Assembly: GCA_951406725.2 (NCBI GenBank)
Contig: OX597826.1
Span: forward strand, 57,598,001-57,662,000
Direction of reading: 5' to 3'
Length of the DNA: 64,000 nucleotides
Source: Octopus vulgaris
Lineage: Eukaryota
A program made the translations under genes and the position numbers. Shown one piece after another: positions 25,532 through 38,897 of the stretch. Every line of letters starts with the position of its first letter. The first letter of the stretch is position 1. Under the pieces are notes generated by a model. That model did not search any database, was not told where the DNA came from, and saw nothing but the letters and a program-made list of their open reading frames with translations.

Positions 25532-26903
25532 AATATTTGACTAGTGCCTATTTTGTTACTTTATTACTCCCTGCCCCTGGGATAGACAAATGCAAAAGTT
25601 GATAGCAGTGAGATTTGAACTCACATTGTGAAGGGAAAACAACTCTTCTTAGTCTGCCAAAGCATCCCTCATTTATTTCATATAACTCACACCTCTTCCA
25701 CTAATTGAGAATCTTGTTACCATGAATTAGACAATACTAGACAATATTATGGGTGTACGGCATAAATGCAAATAATCCATAAATCAATCTAGAAACACAT
25801 ACATCTACAAATGTCAAACTATGACCCAACCAGAGAGAGAGAGAGAGAGAGAGAGAGCGATGGGGAAAGAGAGGAAGAGATAGGGAGGGAGGTGGGAGAG
25901 AGAGAGAGAATGCTATGAGAAACCTGCAAATACAACATTAACCACATCAATCTCACAAGCCTAGAAAGACCAACTTGAAGCCATGAACTAATTGATAAGT
26001 GTAGTAGGGTTGATGGTTTTGGAAATGACAATGATGATGAGGAGGAGGACAAAGAAGAGGTCGTAAATTAATTATTATGACCAATAATTATGGCAATAAT
26101 TTGGCAGAAACTCTAAACTGCCAACTTTAGATTACTTAGTCTCTTGTCTCTACATTCTGGGAAGATGCATGGCTTTACTGTTCAGGTAACTGGACTCTCG
26201 GTCAAACATTAAGACCTTGGTTTGATACCCTGTCTGGAAACCTCATTGCGTCTTAAGGTAATTTTACTTTGTTTTGTTCCAGTCCATTCAGTGAGCAGAA
26301 ATGAGTATTAGGATTGACAGAGTACTTAGTCAACATTAAGTTTCCATTTTGTCTGCTGGTGCCATGAGGAATGTTTCTATATTGTGAAAGGTAAGATTCT
26401 CTGTTAATCCTTCTATTTATATATACACACTCACCATACAAGGAACTTCTACCATTTATCTAATTTTTCAGTCACTGGGTTAATCAGTGCAATGACAAGT
26501 AAAGAGTTCACTATATAGTGAATGCCCACCAGAACACTCAATTCTTTGCTGAATTATACAACCAAAACCTTCAGATATAAAGAAGGATACATCACGTAAG
26601 GAATAGTTATAATTTTACCCCGCCCTTCTGGATTAATAGAAAAAGGAGTAGTAAAATAAAATACAACTTTATTATTCTAGTTCAGTATGCCATGCACCAT
26701 GACAAAACTAAGTAAAACAAATATATAAAAATATAAAAAAGAAATCAATAATTATAATAGTTCAGAAGGCAGCAAGCTGGCAGAATTATTAGCATGCCAG
26801 GTGAAATTCTTTGTGGCATTTTGTCCATTTTCGTGTCTGAGTTCAAATTCCACCGAGGTCAACTTTGCCTTTCACCTTTTTGGGGGTCAATAGCATAAAT
26901 ACC

Positions 26904-27134
26904 TATTTCTTTATTGCCCACAAGGGGTTAAACATAGAGGGGACAAACAAGGACAGACATAGGTATTAAGTTGATTACATCGACCCCAGTGCGTAACTAG
27001 TACTTAATTTATCGACCCCGAAAGGATGACAGGCAAAGTCGACCTTGGTGGAATTTGAACTCACAACATAACGGCAGCCAAAATACCGCTAAGCATTTCG
27101 CCCGATGTACTAACGTTTCTGCCAGCTCGCTGCC
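26904..27134 (-). mobile_element. SINE family B inserted antisense into an older plus-strand B-like SINE (about 26768-27230)
   Basis: 15-bp TSD AATAGCATAAATACC at 26889-26903 and 27138-27152. Confidence 0.9.
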
Positions 27135-27933
27135 TTAAATAGCATAAATACCATTTGAGTACTGGGGTGATGTAATCGACTTTACCCCTCCCTTGAAATT
27201 GCTGGCCTGGTGCCAAAATTTGAAATTGATCATTATGATAGTTCAGTCCATCAATGGTACAGTATTTAAGTCTTCTGTGCCTGCATAACTGATCAAATTT
27301 ATGAACCAAAGGCACAATTTCTACCAATCCAAAGTACACAATATACATTAACAATGAAATCTACCCTTCTTCAATTTTATACTTTCTGTGTGGTAGTTTA
27401 ACCATGGAAAGTGATACTCCTTGTAGTAACAAAAGCTTGACTGATTACTTTCGTAAAACTCTAAATTTAATAGTTACTAAGTTTGAATTTTTCAAAACAC
27501 TTCCTGGGGGATTACAACCGAGTTGTACTTCTTAGCTTTATAAAATTTAATCTTATTTCAGTTGGAGTATTAAATACTATATATTTAATTATTTGTTTAT
27601 TCATTATGTATGTGGCACACAAATGCACACACAGGCACACAAATGCACACACAGGCACACAAATGCACACACATACTCTTAATTCAAAGACCACCCTGTT
27701 ATCATTGAAAGAATGGATATAAAAAAGAAATAAAAATAAAATTCGGTTGTAGACATTACAAAAGTCAAATCAACTCAGAAATAAATAAAACTTCCATATA
27801 GGCTTTAATGGTAAATATAATAAAGTCTGGAAGAATATACCAAAGTATGTTTGAAGAAATCTTTAAAATTTCTGACATTTTAACAGAATATACATACATA
27901 TTAAAGCAGTAAGCTGGCAGATTTATTAGAATT

Positions 27934-28183
27934 CCGTGCCGGTGACAAAAAAGCACCATCCGATCGTGACCGTTTGCCAGCCTCGTCTGGCACCTGTGCA
28001 GGTGGCACGTAAAAAGCACCCACTACACTCACGGAGTGGTTGGCGTTAGGAAGGGCATCCAGCTGTAGAAACACTGCCAGATCAGACTGGGCCTGGCGCA
28101 GCCTTCTGGCTTCCCAGACCCCAGTTGAACCGTCCAACCCATGCTAGCATGGAAAATGGACGTTAAACGATGATGATGATGAT
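27934..28183 (+). mobile_element. RTE-clade LINE 3' end
   Basis: Repeat units, terminal block and (GAT)n tail. Confidence 0.85.
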
Positions 28184-28224
28184 GGGACAAAAAACTTTGT
28201 GCATATTCTAACACTTCAAGTAGT

Positions 28225-28620
28225 TCTGAGTTCTAATTCCACCAAGTCAACTCTGCCTTCCATCCTTTTGGAGCAGTAAAATAAAGTACCAGTCAAGTGC
28301 TGGGGTGGGGGTGAAATAAATGACTAATGCTTATGCCCATCCTTCAAAATTGCTGCCCTTCTGCCAAAATTAGAAACCATTATTATTATTGATAATAATA
28401 GTAATCCTTTCTACTATAGGTACAAGGCCTGAAATTTGGTGGGAGGAGACTAGTTGATTACATCAACCCCAGTGTTTCACTGGTATTTAATTTATCGACC
28501 TCCAAAGGGATGAAAGGCAAAGTCAAACTCAGTGGAATTTGAACTCAGAACATGGCAGCAGGCAAAATACCACTAAGCGTTTCACCCAGCATGCTAACGA
28601 TTCTTCCAGCTTACTGCATT
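28225..28620. mobile_element. Two old B-like SINEs, tail to tail
   Basis: Plus-strand copy at about 28225-28380 and minus-strand copy at about 28405-28620; both carry the CTTTCATCC..AAGTACCAG block. Confidence 0.7.
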
Positions 28621-28638
28621 ATTGATGATAATAGCAAT

Positions 28639-28998
28639 AACAAGAGCACTCACAGAGCACAAACCTCCACTAAGGCAACACCAACATCCTCTCAACGATT
28701 AGCCAGAGATGATTTTTAAAATGAGAATATCTGAAATAAACTCGACTGCTCTCACAAACAAGAATGCTAAAAATGAACCCGACCGCTCTCAAAAATTAAG
28801 TAAAAAAATAGGAAAAACAATCTAGAATCCTTGTCCAGTATCAGATCGATCCCAAAATCTGCTCAGTCCATGCCAGTTATAAGGCCAAACATCCCTGAAA
28901 GTTTCATCTGAATTCATCCAGCAGTTCTTGAGATATCTTGTCTATGGACAAACAAACAAACATAACTGAAAACAATACCTCCATCTTAGTGATGAGAT
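28639..28998. mobile_element. Helentron/DINE-like non-autonomous element (HINE-type)
   Basis: Starts AACAAGAGCACTC..AAACCTCCACTAAG, has an AAGTTTCAT..AGTTCTTGAGATATC core and (ACAA)n, and ends GAAAACAATACCTCC..CTTAGTG, a subterminal inverted repeat. The architecture is recalled from molluscan HINE-like elements. Confidence 0.55.
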
Positions 28999-29134
28999 GA
29001 CCATGTCACGCACGTATGGTTGTGATGCATGTGCCTTGTCTACCCATATCAGATGAGTAGTCATGATGACTATACTGGGCTTCGTATATCTGTACCCCAG
29101 TGTCATTTTGATGGCAGGAACTGCTCTTTCACTC

Positions 29135-29182
<48 letters not shown>

Positions 29183-29425
29183 CCGCTCTACTATAGGCAC
29201 AAGGTCTGAAATTTGGTGGGAGGGGACCAGTCGATTACTTCAACTTCAGCGCATAATTGGTACTAAATTCATCAACCCCAAAAAGGATGAAAGACAAAGT
29301 CGACCCCAGTAGAATTTCAACTTAGAACATAAAGTCAGAAGAAATGCCACTAAGCGTTTTGTAATTTATAATAATGTAAAACTTTATAATAATAATAATA
29401 ATAATAATAATGATAATAATAATGA

Positions 29426-29498
<73 letters not shown>
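29135..29498. repeat. (AAT)n microsatellites flanking an old B-like SINE
   Basis: Arrays at about 29135-29181 and 29386-29498. Confidence 0.9.
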
Positions 29499-29500
<2 letters not shown>

Positions 29501-30146
29501 TGTTTTACATTTTAAAAACATATCCATTTCTTGATATAAGTTTATGTTAGATTGCCTCTAGAGAGGTTATTCTTACAATGTATTTCCCAAGATTAGACAT
29601 GAAACTTAGCAGATTTTAAGCATCAAGGGGAAAAGAAAGTTGAGACTTTCTTGTCTTTTGGAATGGTATTGTAATCATAAGTGAAGTGTAACAGAAATAA
29701 AAAAAACAAATTATTTTGTTCCTTTTATCATTTAGTCAGAGGTGGAGAAAAGGTGGGGTACCTTTAGTACATAAGGGGCATTTCCAGTTTGGTGAAATTG
29801 GTGTGACTGATGTTTGGCTCAAACCTTGGTTAAATCAATGTACGTAAAGCAAACATGGGTAGAAATGAAATTCTTAAAAGGCTGCAGTTCAGGAGAGGAA
29901 AGATGAGGAAAAACATTTGGATTGGGAAGTGAGGAACAGAAGTTGTTTGAGAGGAAGAAGTTATACACTACTTACTTCATCAGAGAAGAGAAGAGATGAG
30001 AAGAGAACAGAGGAGAGAGAGAGAGAGAAAGAGAGAGATGTCAATGGACAAGTGAATGTTAGCATGTTAGTGAAGGAATATTTGCCTATCAGTTGGATGG
30101 ACTTTTGAGAGAGAAAGACATACCATCTCAGATATAATGAATACTT

Positions 30147-30620
30147 ATTTCTTTACTACCCTCAAGGAGCTAAATACAGAGAGGACAAACAAGGACAGAC
30201 AAACAGATGAAGTCGATTATATTGACCCCAGTGCTGCCAATATCAGTGCTGCCTGACTGGCACCTATGCCGGTGGTGGAATGTAAAAAGCACTGTTCAAG
30301 CATGGTTGATGCCAGTGCCACTTGACTGGATCCTGTGCTGGTGACATGTAAAAATCACCCACTACACTCTTGGAGTGGATAGTATAAGGAGGGGCATCCA
30401 GCTGTAGAAACATTGCCAGATCAGATTGGAACCTGGTGCAGCCACCTGGCTTGTCAGTCCTCAGTCAAACCGTCTAACCCATGCCAGCATGGAAATCTGA
30501 TGTTAAACGATGATGATGACCCTGAAAGGATGAAAGGCAAAATCAACCTTGATAAAGATGGACGAAATGTTGCTAAGCATTTTTGGCCTAGCATGCTAAT
30601 GATTCTGCCAGTTCTCTTCC
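30147..30620. mobile_element. Minus-strand SINE B split by a plus-strand LINE 3' end (30234-30520)
   Basis: B tail at 30147-30233, LINE 3' UTR with (GAT)n, then B resumes at GACCCTGAAAGGATG. Confidence 0.75.
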
Positions 30621-31344
30621 CCTTATAGATATGTAATTATTAGCCTTTATTTTACTGACGTGACGAGACAAAAACACAGACAGTATTAGAACCCAGAATC
30701 AAGAATGTTATCAACAAGTTAAGAAATTGGGATTTCTTGAATTATGAATTTCCAAGAGGCAAGCCAAGAATTAAAATGGTATAATGTGTTACGAAACAAA
30801 GATTTCAGCATGAAATATACAAATGAAAATTCTCTGAAAACCATTATTATAACTCACTAGGAATTACAAGATTAAATTAATAAAAAGCTCACAAGAAAGA
30901 AGGAAAAAAAAAAGCTGAATAAATAACAACCAGGTGCTGGACAGAATCCAAGACCTGTTCAAATGATCATAGAGTGGTCACACAGTGATTTGCCGCCAGA
31001 GATGACGCAAATTTTCTTATATTCACAGCCATTCTACATCAATGTGTTTATAATATAAACAAGTGATACAGGATAGCAGCATGCTTACATGGTTGATAAT
31101 GATACAGGACTAGCTATGGCACTTAAGGTTGCCAATTCTTAAATTCTGGCACAAGCAATGATCTGTGATCTTTATAGGTAAGGAAAGCATAATGGGTTGG
31201 AAGGGGATATACTTAATAAAAATAAGTGTTGGTAATAACCAGAGAGGTTTAAACATCAAACTGGTCAATAGATAAAAACGATGCAAAAGATTTTGTTTCT
31301 ATATCATACACAAAAATTAATAAACCAAAACGAAAATAAACATA

Positions 31345-31970
31345 GGCACAGGTGTGGTTATGAGATAAGAAGTGTACTTCCTGACTACATAGTTTAAGGT
31401 TCAGTCCCATTGCATGGCACCTCAGAGAAGTGTCTTCTACCATGAGCCTGGTCTGGCCAAAGCCTTGTGAGTGGATTTGGAAGACAGAACCTGAAAGAAG
31501 CTCATTATCTATGTGTGTGTGTCATTGTGTTTGTCCTCCACCACTGCCAGACAACTGGTATTGGTTTGTTTATGTCCTTGTAAATTAGCACTTTGGTAAA
31601 AGTGACCCACCTTACTGGCACCTGTGCCAGTGGCATGTGTAAAAAGATTCGAGCAAAGTCATTGCCAGTACCGCCTGACTGGTCCCCGTGCCGGTGGCAC
31701 ATAAAAAGCACCCACTACACTCTTGGAGTGGTTGGCGTTAGGAAGGGCATCCAACTGCCAGATCAAGATTGGAGCCTGGTGCAGCCATCTGGTTCGCCAG
31801 CCCTCAGTCAAAATCGTCCAACCCATGCTAGCATGGTAAGTTGACGTTAAACGATGATGATGATGTTTAAATCAAGTCTAAGTACTGCAGTTGACTCATT
31901 CAATTAAAAATCCTTCAATGCAGTGCCCCAGCATGGCCACAGTCCAGTGACTGAAACATGTAAAAGATAA
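31345..31970 (+). mobile_element. Old SINE A interrupted by a LINE 3' end (31603-31865)
   Basis: A head and CORE segment, then LINE repeat units with (GAT)n, then the A tail CAGCATGGCCACAGTCCAGTGACTGAAAC. Confidence 0.75.
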
Positions 31971-32719
31971 TAACTACTAGATAATCCTTCTACCTCACCA
32001 CAAACACACACACACACACACAGAGACTGTTATGACTACAATGGAAATGTATATTCTCATTGTGGTCCGTCCTGATATTTCAATTATATAAAGCAGATAG
32101 TTTCATAAACTGCAATCGGCAAAAGGAAAATGATTAAAAATTAAAATTCTAACTTCAGTCAAACTTCAATTTAAAAACAAAATATTTGTTTTAAAAACTG
32201 AAATTTTTAAATTATTGCTTTAAATTTGAATTTCATGTGTTTTGATTTGATTTTTTATTTCCCCACCACTCCACCTCAATATAAATTTTGAATTGAGTTG
32301 AAATTCCAATTGCAATCATTCACATTTTTTATTCATTATTTTTCCTCTGTCTTTTTGGTTTTATGAAATCCGTTTTATCAATTTGAAATTTTAAAGCTGA
32401 AAAAATATACAATAAGGAGAGGGTAGGGTAAGTAGAATTGAAATTAGTATTGCCCTATTGTTCATATCTGTAACCAGTAACACACACACACACACATCAT
32501 CATCATCATCATTTTAATATCCACTTTTCTAGGTTCTAAGTTGAGGTAGATCTGGGCTGAACAGCTGAATGATGTGTGCACAAAACATATTGTAGTGTTT
32601 TGTGGTTTATTAAAACTGAATATTTATCTCACAGATGTGAAGCTCAAGCTGTGAGATAAACATTCACTTCCAATAAACTATATGAATATATATATAAAGT
32701 ACTTGGTGACCCTATTGGT

Positions 32720-33308
32720 GAGGGTGCCACATAAAAAGCACTGGTGTTGGTGCCATGTAAAAAGCATCCAGTACACCCTGTAAACTGGTTGACATTAGGC
32801 AGGGCACCTGGCTGTAGAATCATGCCAAAACAAACAGTGGAGCTTGGTACAGCTCTTGGACTAGCTAAGATCTATCAAACCATCTAACCCATGCTAGTAT
32901 GGAAAATGGATGTTAAATGATGATGATGATGCTCATATATATATATATATATGAACGTGGCCGATGCCAGCACCGCCTAGACTGGCTTCCGTGCCAGTGG
33001 CATGTAAAAAGCACCAACCAAATCGTGGCACATAAAAAGCACTATCCGAATCGTGGCCAATGCCAGCGCCGCCTTGACTGGCTTCCGTGCCGGTGGCACG
33101 TAAAAAGCACCATCCAAATCGTGGCCATTGCCAGTGCCGCCTTGACTGGCTTCCATGCCGGTGGCACGTAAAATGCACCAATCCGATCGTGGCCAAAGCC
33201 AGCCTCGCCTGGCACCTGTGCAGGTGGCACGTAAAAAGTACCCACTACACTCACGGAGTGGTTGGCGTTAGGAAGGACATCCAGCTGTAGAAACACTGCC
33301 ACATCAGA
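32720..33308 (+). mobile_element. Two tandem LINE 3' ends; the second has about five internal repeat units
   Basis: Old copy at 32720-32931; younger copy at 32955-33308 with repeated GCCAG..CTGGC..GTGCCGGTGGCACGTAAAAAGCACC. Confidence 0.8.
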
Positions 33309-33675
33309 CATGGTTCTGGGTTCAGTCCCACTGCGTGGCACCTTGGGCAAGTGTCTTCTACTATAGCCTCGGGCTGACCAAAGCCTTGTGAGTGGATTTG
33401 GTAGACGGAAACTGAAAGAAGCCCGTCGTATATATGTATATATATATATATGTGCGTGTATTTGTGTGTCTGTGTTTGTTCTCCTAGCTTTGCTTGACAA
33501 CCGATGCTGGTGTGTTTACGTCCCCGTCACTTAGCGGTTCGGCAAAAGAGACCAATAGAATAAGTACTGGGCTTACAAAAAGAATAAGTCCTGGGGTCGA
33601 GTTGCTCGATTAAAGGCGGTGCTCCAGCATGGCCGCAGTCAAATGACTGAAACGAGTAAAAGAGTAAACGAGTAA
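33309..33675 (+). mobile_element. SINE family A, 5'-truncated, fused to the preceding LINE fragment
   Basis: Begins at ACATGGTTCTGGGTTCAGTCCC immediately after LINE sequence. Confidence 0.85.
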
Positions 33676-34351
33676 GATGTCATCTTTAAACACTAAATAC
33701 CAAGATAATCAGTTGTTTTTGAAGACTGAAACATCTAAGAGTTGATTCCATAGCAGTAAAACAGACGTTGTAACTGGAAGGTGAGGAGGAGGAGAGAACC
33801 ACCCCCCTGCCCCAGTAATAATGCTTTTTAAAGAGGCTGCTGATGATGATGATATGTAGAGTTAGTTTCCAACTGTACACAGAAGAATACAGAGTTAAAT
33901 AGAAGTGTAATGGGTTAAATGCCAAAGAAAATAATTTGATCTCAAAGAAGACAATACACACACACTTACATGTACGCACACAGAAAAAAATACTAAGAGA
34001 CACTGTTAATCCTATCTTCAGCAGAGATCTTTCCAGTAAAGTATGTGCGTATATATATGTATGTACATGTATATGTAAATGACAATGTGACTGAGTATAA
34101 TGATTGTGACTATAATTCTCTGTGTGTGTGTGTGTGTGTGCGTGTATGGATGTGTACACATATGTAAGCAAGTGTGTGTACCAGTAATCTGTATATATGT
34201 TGCTGAGAGAATGTTAGTATCTGTATGTATGGGTGTCAAGGTGCATGATCTGTGTGTGTGTGTTTCTGCATGTGTATATGTGTGTTTGTATAAAATCCAT
34301 GTGAAAGTGTATGAGGGTATGTTCATGGATGGATTTAGGAGTGTGTGTATA

Positions 34352-34772
34352 CTCTTTACTCTTTTTACTCTTTTACTTGTTTCAGTCATTTGACTGCGGC
34401 CATGCTGGAGCACCGCCTTCAATCGAGCAACTCGACCCCGAGACTTATTCTTTTTGTAAGCCCAGTACTTATTCCATCGGTCTCTTTTGCCAAACCGCTT
34501 AGTAACAGGGACATAAACACACCAGCACCGGTTGTCAAGCAATGCTAGGGGGACAAACACAGACACACAAACACACACACGCATATATATATATATTATA
34601 CATATATACGATGGGCTTCTTTTCAGTTTCCGCCTACCAAATCCACTCACAAGGCTTTGGTCGGCCCGAGGCTATAGTAGAAGACACTTGCCCAGGGTGC
34701 CACGCAGTGGGACTGAACCCGGAACCAAGTGGTTCGTAAACAAGCTACTTACCACACAGCCACTCCTGCGCC
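34352..34772 (-). mobile_element. SINE family A
   Basis: Full match to the family. Confidence 0.9.
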
Positions 34773-35318
34773 TATGTGGATTTACTGGGAGAAGTGGGTG
34801 GTGTCTGTAAGTGTATGTGTGTGTCAGTGTGTTGCTGAATAAGTGTGCGTCGGATAATAAGCTTGTATTTATACAAACGTGTGGGGATGTATGAGTATGT
34901 GTATATATATACGTATATATGTATGTGTTTGTGTGTGTAGGAGTGTGTAAGCATTCAACAATCCATAGTTTCTCAGCCACATCACTGCAAACAAATCTAA
35001 TGATAGATATAGTTGTGCAACTCAATACTGAGGAATTTCTAATATGGTTAGCACAGGTATGTGTGCTGGCTGACAAGGATTAAATTGGCACAATGGTAAC
35101 AGCACAAGTGACATCTGAACTCTTCAACCTCTTTGTTGTTCTTTCTTTTTTTTCTTTCTTTCACCCAGATTGTCTTCCACTTGATAATGAAGTGTCTGTG
35201 TGCTTATGCATGTGTGAGTGTGTGTTTTGGAAGTTTGTAAACATTCTCAACAATAAAACTCTTCCTTTCCACCCAACAGGTACAAGAAAGCAGCTTGATG
35301 GAAATGGGAAGAAAGAGA

Positions 35319-35394
<76 letters not shown>

Positions 35395-35396
35395 CA

Positions 35397-35625
35397 GCGC
35401 ACTGGCAGAAACGTTAGCACGCGGGGCGAAATGCGTAGCCGTATGTCGTCTGTCATTACGTTCTGAGTTCAAATTCCGCCGAGGCCGACTTTACCTTTCA
35501 TCCTTTCGGGGGGTCGATAAATTAAGTACCAGTTACGCACTGGGGTCGATGTAATCGACTTAATCCCTTTGTCTGTCCTTGTTTGTCCCCTCTGTGTTTA
35601 GCCCCTTGTGTATAGTAAAGAAATA
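35397..35625 (+). mobile_element. SINE family B
   Basis: Match to the family; lies within (TG)n(TA)n. Confidence 0.88.
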
Positions 35626-35879
35626 TATATATATATATACACACACACACGTGTATATATACACACACACATATTCTGGGGAGGTGGGGTTTGATAATTT
35701 TTGTTTCAGTAATTTGACTGTGGCCATGTCGGAGCACAGCCTTGAAGGATTTTAGTTGAACAAATTGATCCCAATCACTTCTTTTTTAAGCCTAGTACTT
35801 ATTCTATCGATCTCTTTCACTGGACCACTAAGTTACAGGGACATAAATACAACAACACTGTTTGTCAAGTGGTGATCGG

Positions 35880-36245
35880 AGGAATTGGAAGTAGGGGGAT
35901 GGAGAGCTTGGTGTGGGTACGGTGGGAGGAGGAGAAGTTAAGGTAGGAATGTGAGTCCGTGTTTCTAGTGACCAGAGGTAGTGAGAGTGGAGTGGTGCAT
36001 GCTTGCAGAAATGTCGAGAAATTCTACAGAAAAGTTAGAGATAGAGCAGGAGAATTCAAGGGCAGGATGGAAGGATTGGACAAAGGAGTGAGAGTCTAGT
36101 TGTTCACGGGAGAGTGAGGGTGCTCCAATACTGTCATTGATATAATGACCGTATAGCTTGGGAGTGGGACCAGTGAACTGTGAGAATATTTGGGTTTCAA
36201 ATATAGCCAGCGAGAAGGTTCACATTGTTGGAGCCCATTCTCATT
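35880..36245 (-). pseudogene. Decayed Penelope-like element reverse transcriptase fragment
   Basis: Manual translation across two frameshifts gives [15 protein letters not shown] / ETQIFSQFTGPTPKLYGHYINDSIGA..FVQSFHPALEFSCSISNFSVEFLDI..TTSGH*K / TDSHSYLNFSSSH.THTKLSIPYFQFL. This matches the Penelope RT motifs MG..YIDD..FLD..TD...YL...S.HP. Confidence 0.85.
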
Positions 36246-36292
36246 CATCTGAATCTAATACAAATATGTATATGTATATATATACATATGTG

Positions 36293-36323
<31 letters not shown>

Positions 36324-36348
36324 ATATATACATATATATATATATATA

Positions 36349-36399
<51 letters not shown>

Positions 36400-37220
36400 G
36401 TGAGTGTGTGTATATATATATATACATACATACATACATACATACATACACACACACATGCACCTATACACAATGTATAAACATTTTTGTGTGTGTGTGT
36501 GTGTATACACACATACATACACTACACACATACCCAAATATAAATGAAATGTTGGAAACTTGATTATGGTAGGCAAGTGTAGGACAGGGTACGACAAGGT
36601 TGGTAGGTGCAAAACTTGCATTGATGTTATTGTTGCCTGAGTTTTATAGCTTATTTAGACAAAGACTTTTGGAAAAGAACACCAAATTTCAGGAATGCCA
36701 TGACAACTTGATTTTGCAGTTACTTCCCTCTTATTGCTTTCTCAAGAAACAAAACTGCTCTTCTCTATCTTCCCCTTCTCCCTGCCACCTCTTTTCTCTT
36801 TTAGAAAATGTGTATATTGGTAAGAGGAAAATATTAAAGAATATATGAGGCATCTTTCTTTATTTTCTGATATTTTCCCCTGCAAATCCTCTATCAGACA
36901 CCTGCCCACCCACAAGCCCAGTTTATCCAGTTAAATTCTATGTTGTCAAGTTCTTCAACTATTTCTTCACAATATTAAAACAAGGAAACAATGTGTGTGT
37001 ACGCATTACACCCACAAGCATATATATATATATATATATATAAAGTGCATGTGTGTGTGTGTGTGTTGATGTACGCATGCTTGTGAATTTTCACAATTAA
37101 AAATATCCAAGTCTTTTAGTTCCTCAGTAGATAATCAGATTCTAAGTAATGAAAATTGTTGCAGAAATTGATTTACAGGTATGATAGAACTGTTGCTTGC
37201 AAGTAAAATTGAAACTCTTG

Positions 37221-37271
<51 letters not shown>

Positions 37272-37647
37272 ATTTCTCTCAGAATATCTCTCCAATGAAG
37301 AGGGTTTACCTACACCAATCATTTCAGATTAGCATCACACATATTCTCCCGTCAACATGTCTACTACGAAAGCTAGGTAAGCCAGTACATCTTTTAGGTC
37401 TTATAACAAATTATTATAACAATTAAATAAAAGCAACAGGAGGGAAATGTATTGGATAAAAATCAAGACATCCACCCCTCTGCCATGCATAGAAAAAAAA
37501 TTTCTAACAAATATATATAAAGAATGAAGAACAATCTAATTGTTGCCATCACACACACACACACACACAAATGCACATATAAATACACACGCACACACAA
37601 ATATATATATATACGCATACACTCACATATACCTACCTACATAATAT

Positions 37648-37686
<39 letters not shown>

Positions 37687-37949
37687 GTGTGTGTAAATAT
37701 ATATACACAACACATCTTGTATACATTTTTATACACAATAAAAAAAAATATATGTATGCATAAATACACACAAACATACATATATAGACATATATATATA
37801 TACATACATATGCACCTAAATTTACATACACATGTACTTGTGCATGTGCGTGTATACAATTATCTCTCAACACATCTGTGTATAAATGTATAGTCACACA
37901 ACACACACACACACTTTATGCATGTGTATGTGTGTGAGTGTTGTGTATG

Positions 37950-38542
37950 CTGATGCTAGGAAGAGGCAACTTAGAAGTATCAAAGTGGGTGACCAGTCTA
38001 TAAAAGTAACAAAAAAAAAGTCTTAGGACAATTGGTTAGGATGAGAATCATCTTTGATGAGTTAGAATGGTGAAACAATTACAAGAGAATTTTATGTCAT
38101 TTGTTAGGAGTAAGCCTCTCTACCTAGCATTCCTTGATCTTGAGTAGGCTTTTGGCAAGGTACTATAATCTGTAGCGGCGAGCTGGCAGAAACGTTAGCA
38201 TGCCGGGCGAAATGCGTAACCGTATTTCGTCTGCTGTTACGTTCTGAGTTCAAATTCCGCCGAGGTCAACTTTGCCTTTCATCCTTTCGGGGTCGATAAA
38301 TTAAGTACCAGTTACGCATTGGGGTCGATGTCATCGACTTAATTCATTTGTCTGTCCTTGTTTGTCCCCTCTGTGTTTAGCCCCTTGTGGGTAGTAAAGA
38401 AATAGGTACTATAATCTGTAGCTTGGTGGTCTCTAAGAGGAGGGGTAAATGAATGGCTGCTTAGAACGATGAAATTCATTGCACAGAGATGCATTCACCA
38501 AAGTGAGAAATGACAATAAGTCCAGCAAGGAATTTCGTGTGC
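37950..38542 (+). pseudogene. Decayed RTE-clade LINE reverse transcriptase fragment, split by a SINE B
   Basis: Translated pieces: DQSIKVT..QLVRMRIIFDE..KQLQE..KPLYLAFLDLE*AFGKV [SINE] AWWSLRGGVNEWLLRTM..HRDAFTKVRNDNKSSKEFRV, matching the RTE AFxDLEKAFDRV region. Confidence 0.85.
38175..38405 (+). mobile_element. SINE family B
   Basis: TSD AGGTACTATAATCTGTAGC at 38158-38176 and 38404-38422, partly overlapping the element ends. Confidence 0.92.
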
Positions 38543-38866
38543 TATCAATCTTTATATGGACAGAAAATGAGGTTACTTGTTTTCTGATAAATTTCCATGT
38601 CAGATCAAAAATGAAACAGGCCAGAACAATCCCAAATAGTTTTCTGCTAGTGGAAAATTATAAAACTTTGCTTACATTTTGCAAGAGGCATATTTGCATT
38701 AAAAATTTCCAGATAGCAGGTAGTTGAGGTTATTAGTTCATCTTATTTGAAGGCACGTTTCCTTGTTGCAACAATATTCACGAAGGATTTGAGAAACAAT
38801 CATAAGAATGACTGAAAGTGGCTGTGGCAAAGGTGTAAAACATAAGCTTTGAAAAACTTGTGTGAA

Positions 38867-38897
<31 letters not shown>

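Noticed and set aside
32955-33245. Repeat-spacer appearance resembling a CRISPR array
   Set aside because: The spacers are homologous to each other, the context is eukaryotic with no cas genes, and the units belong to a LINE 3' UTR.
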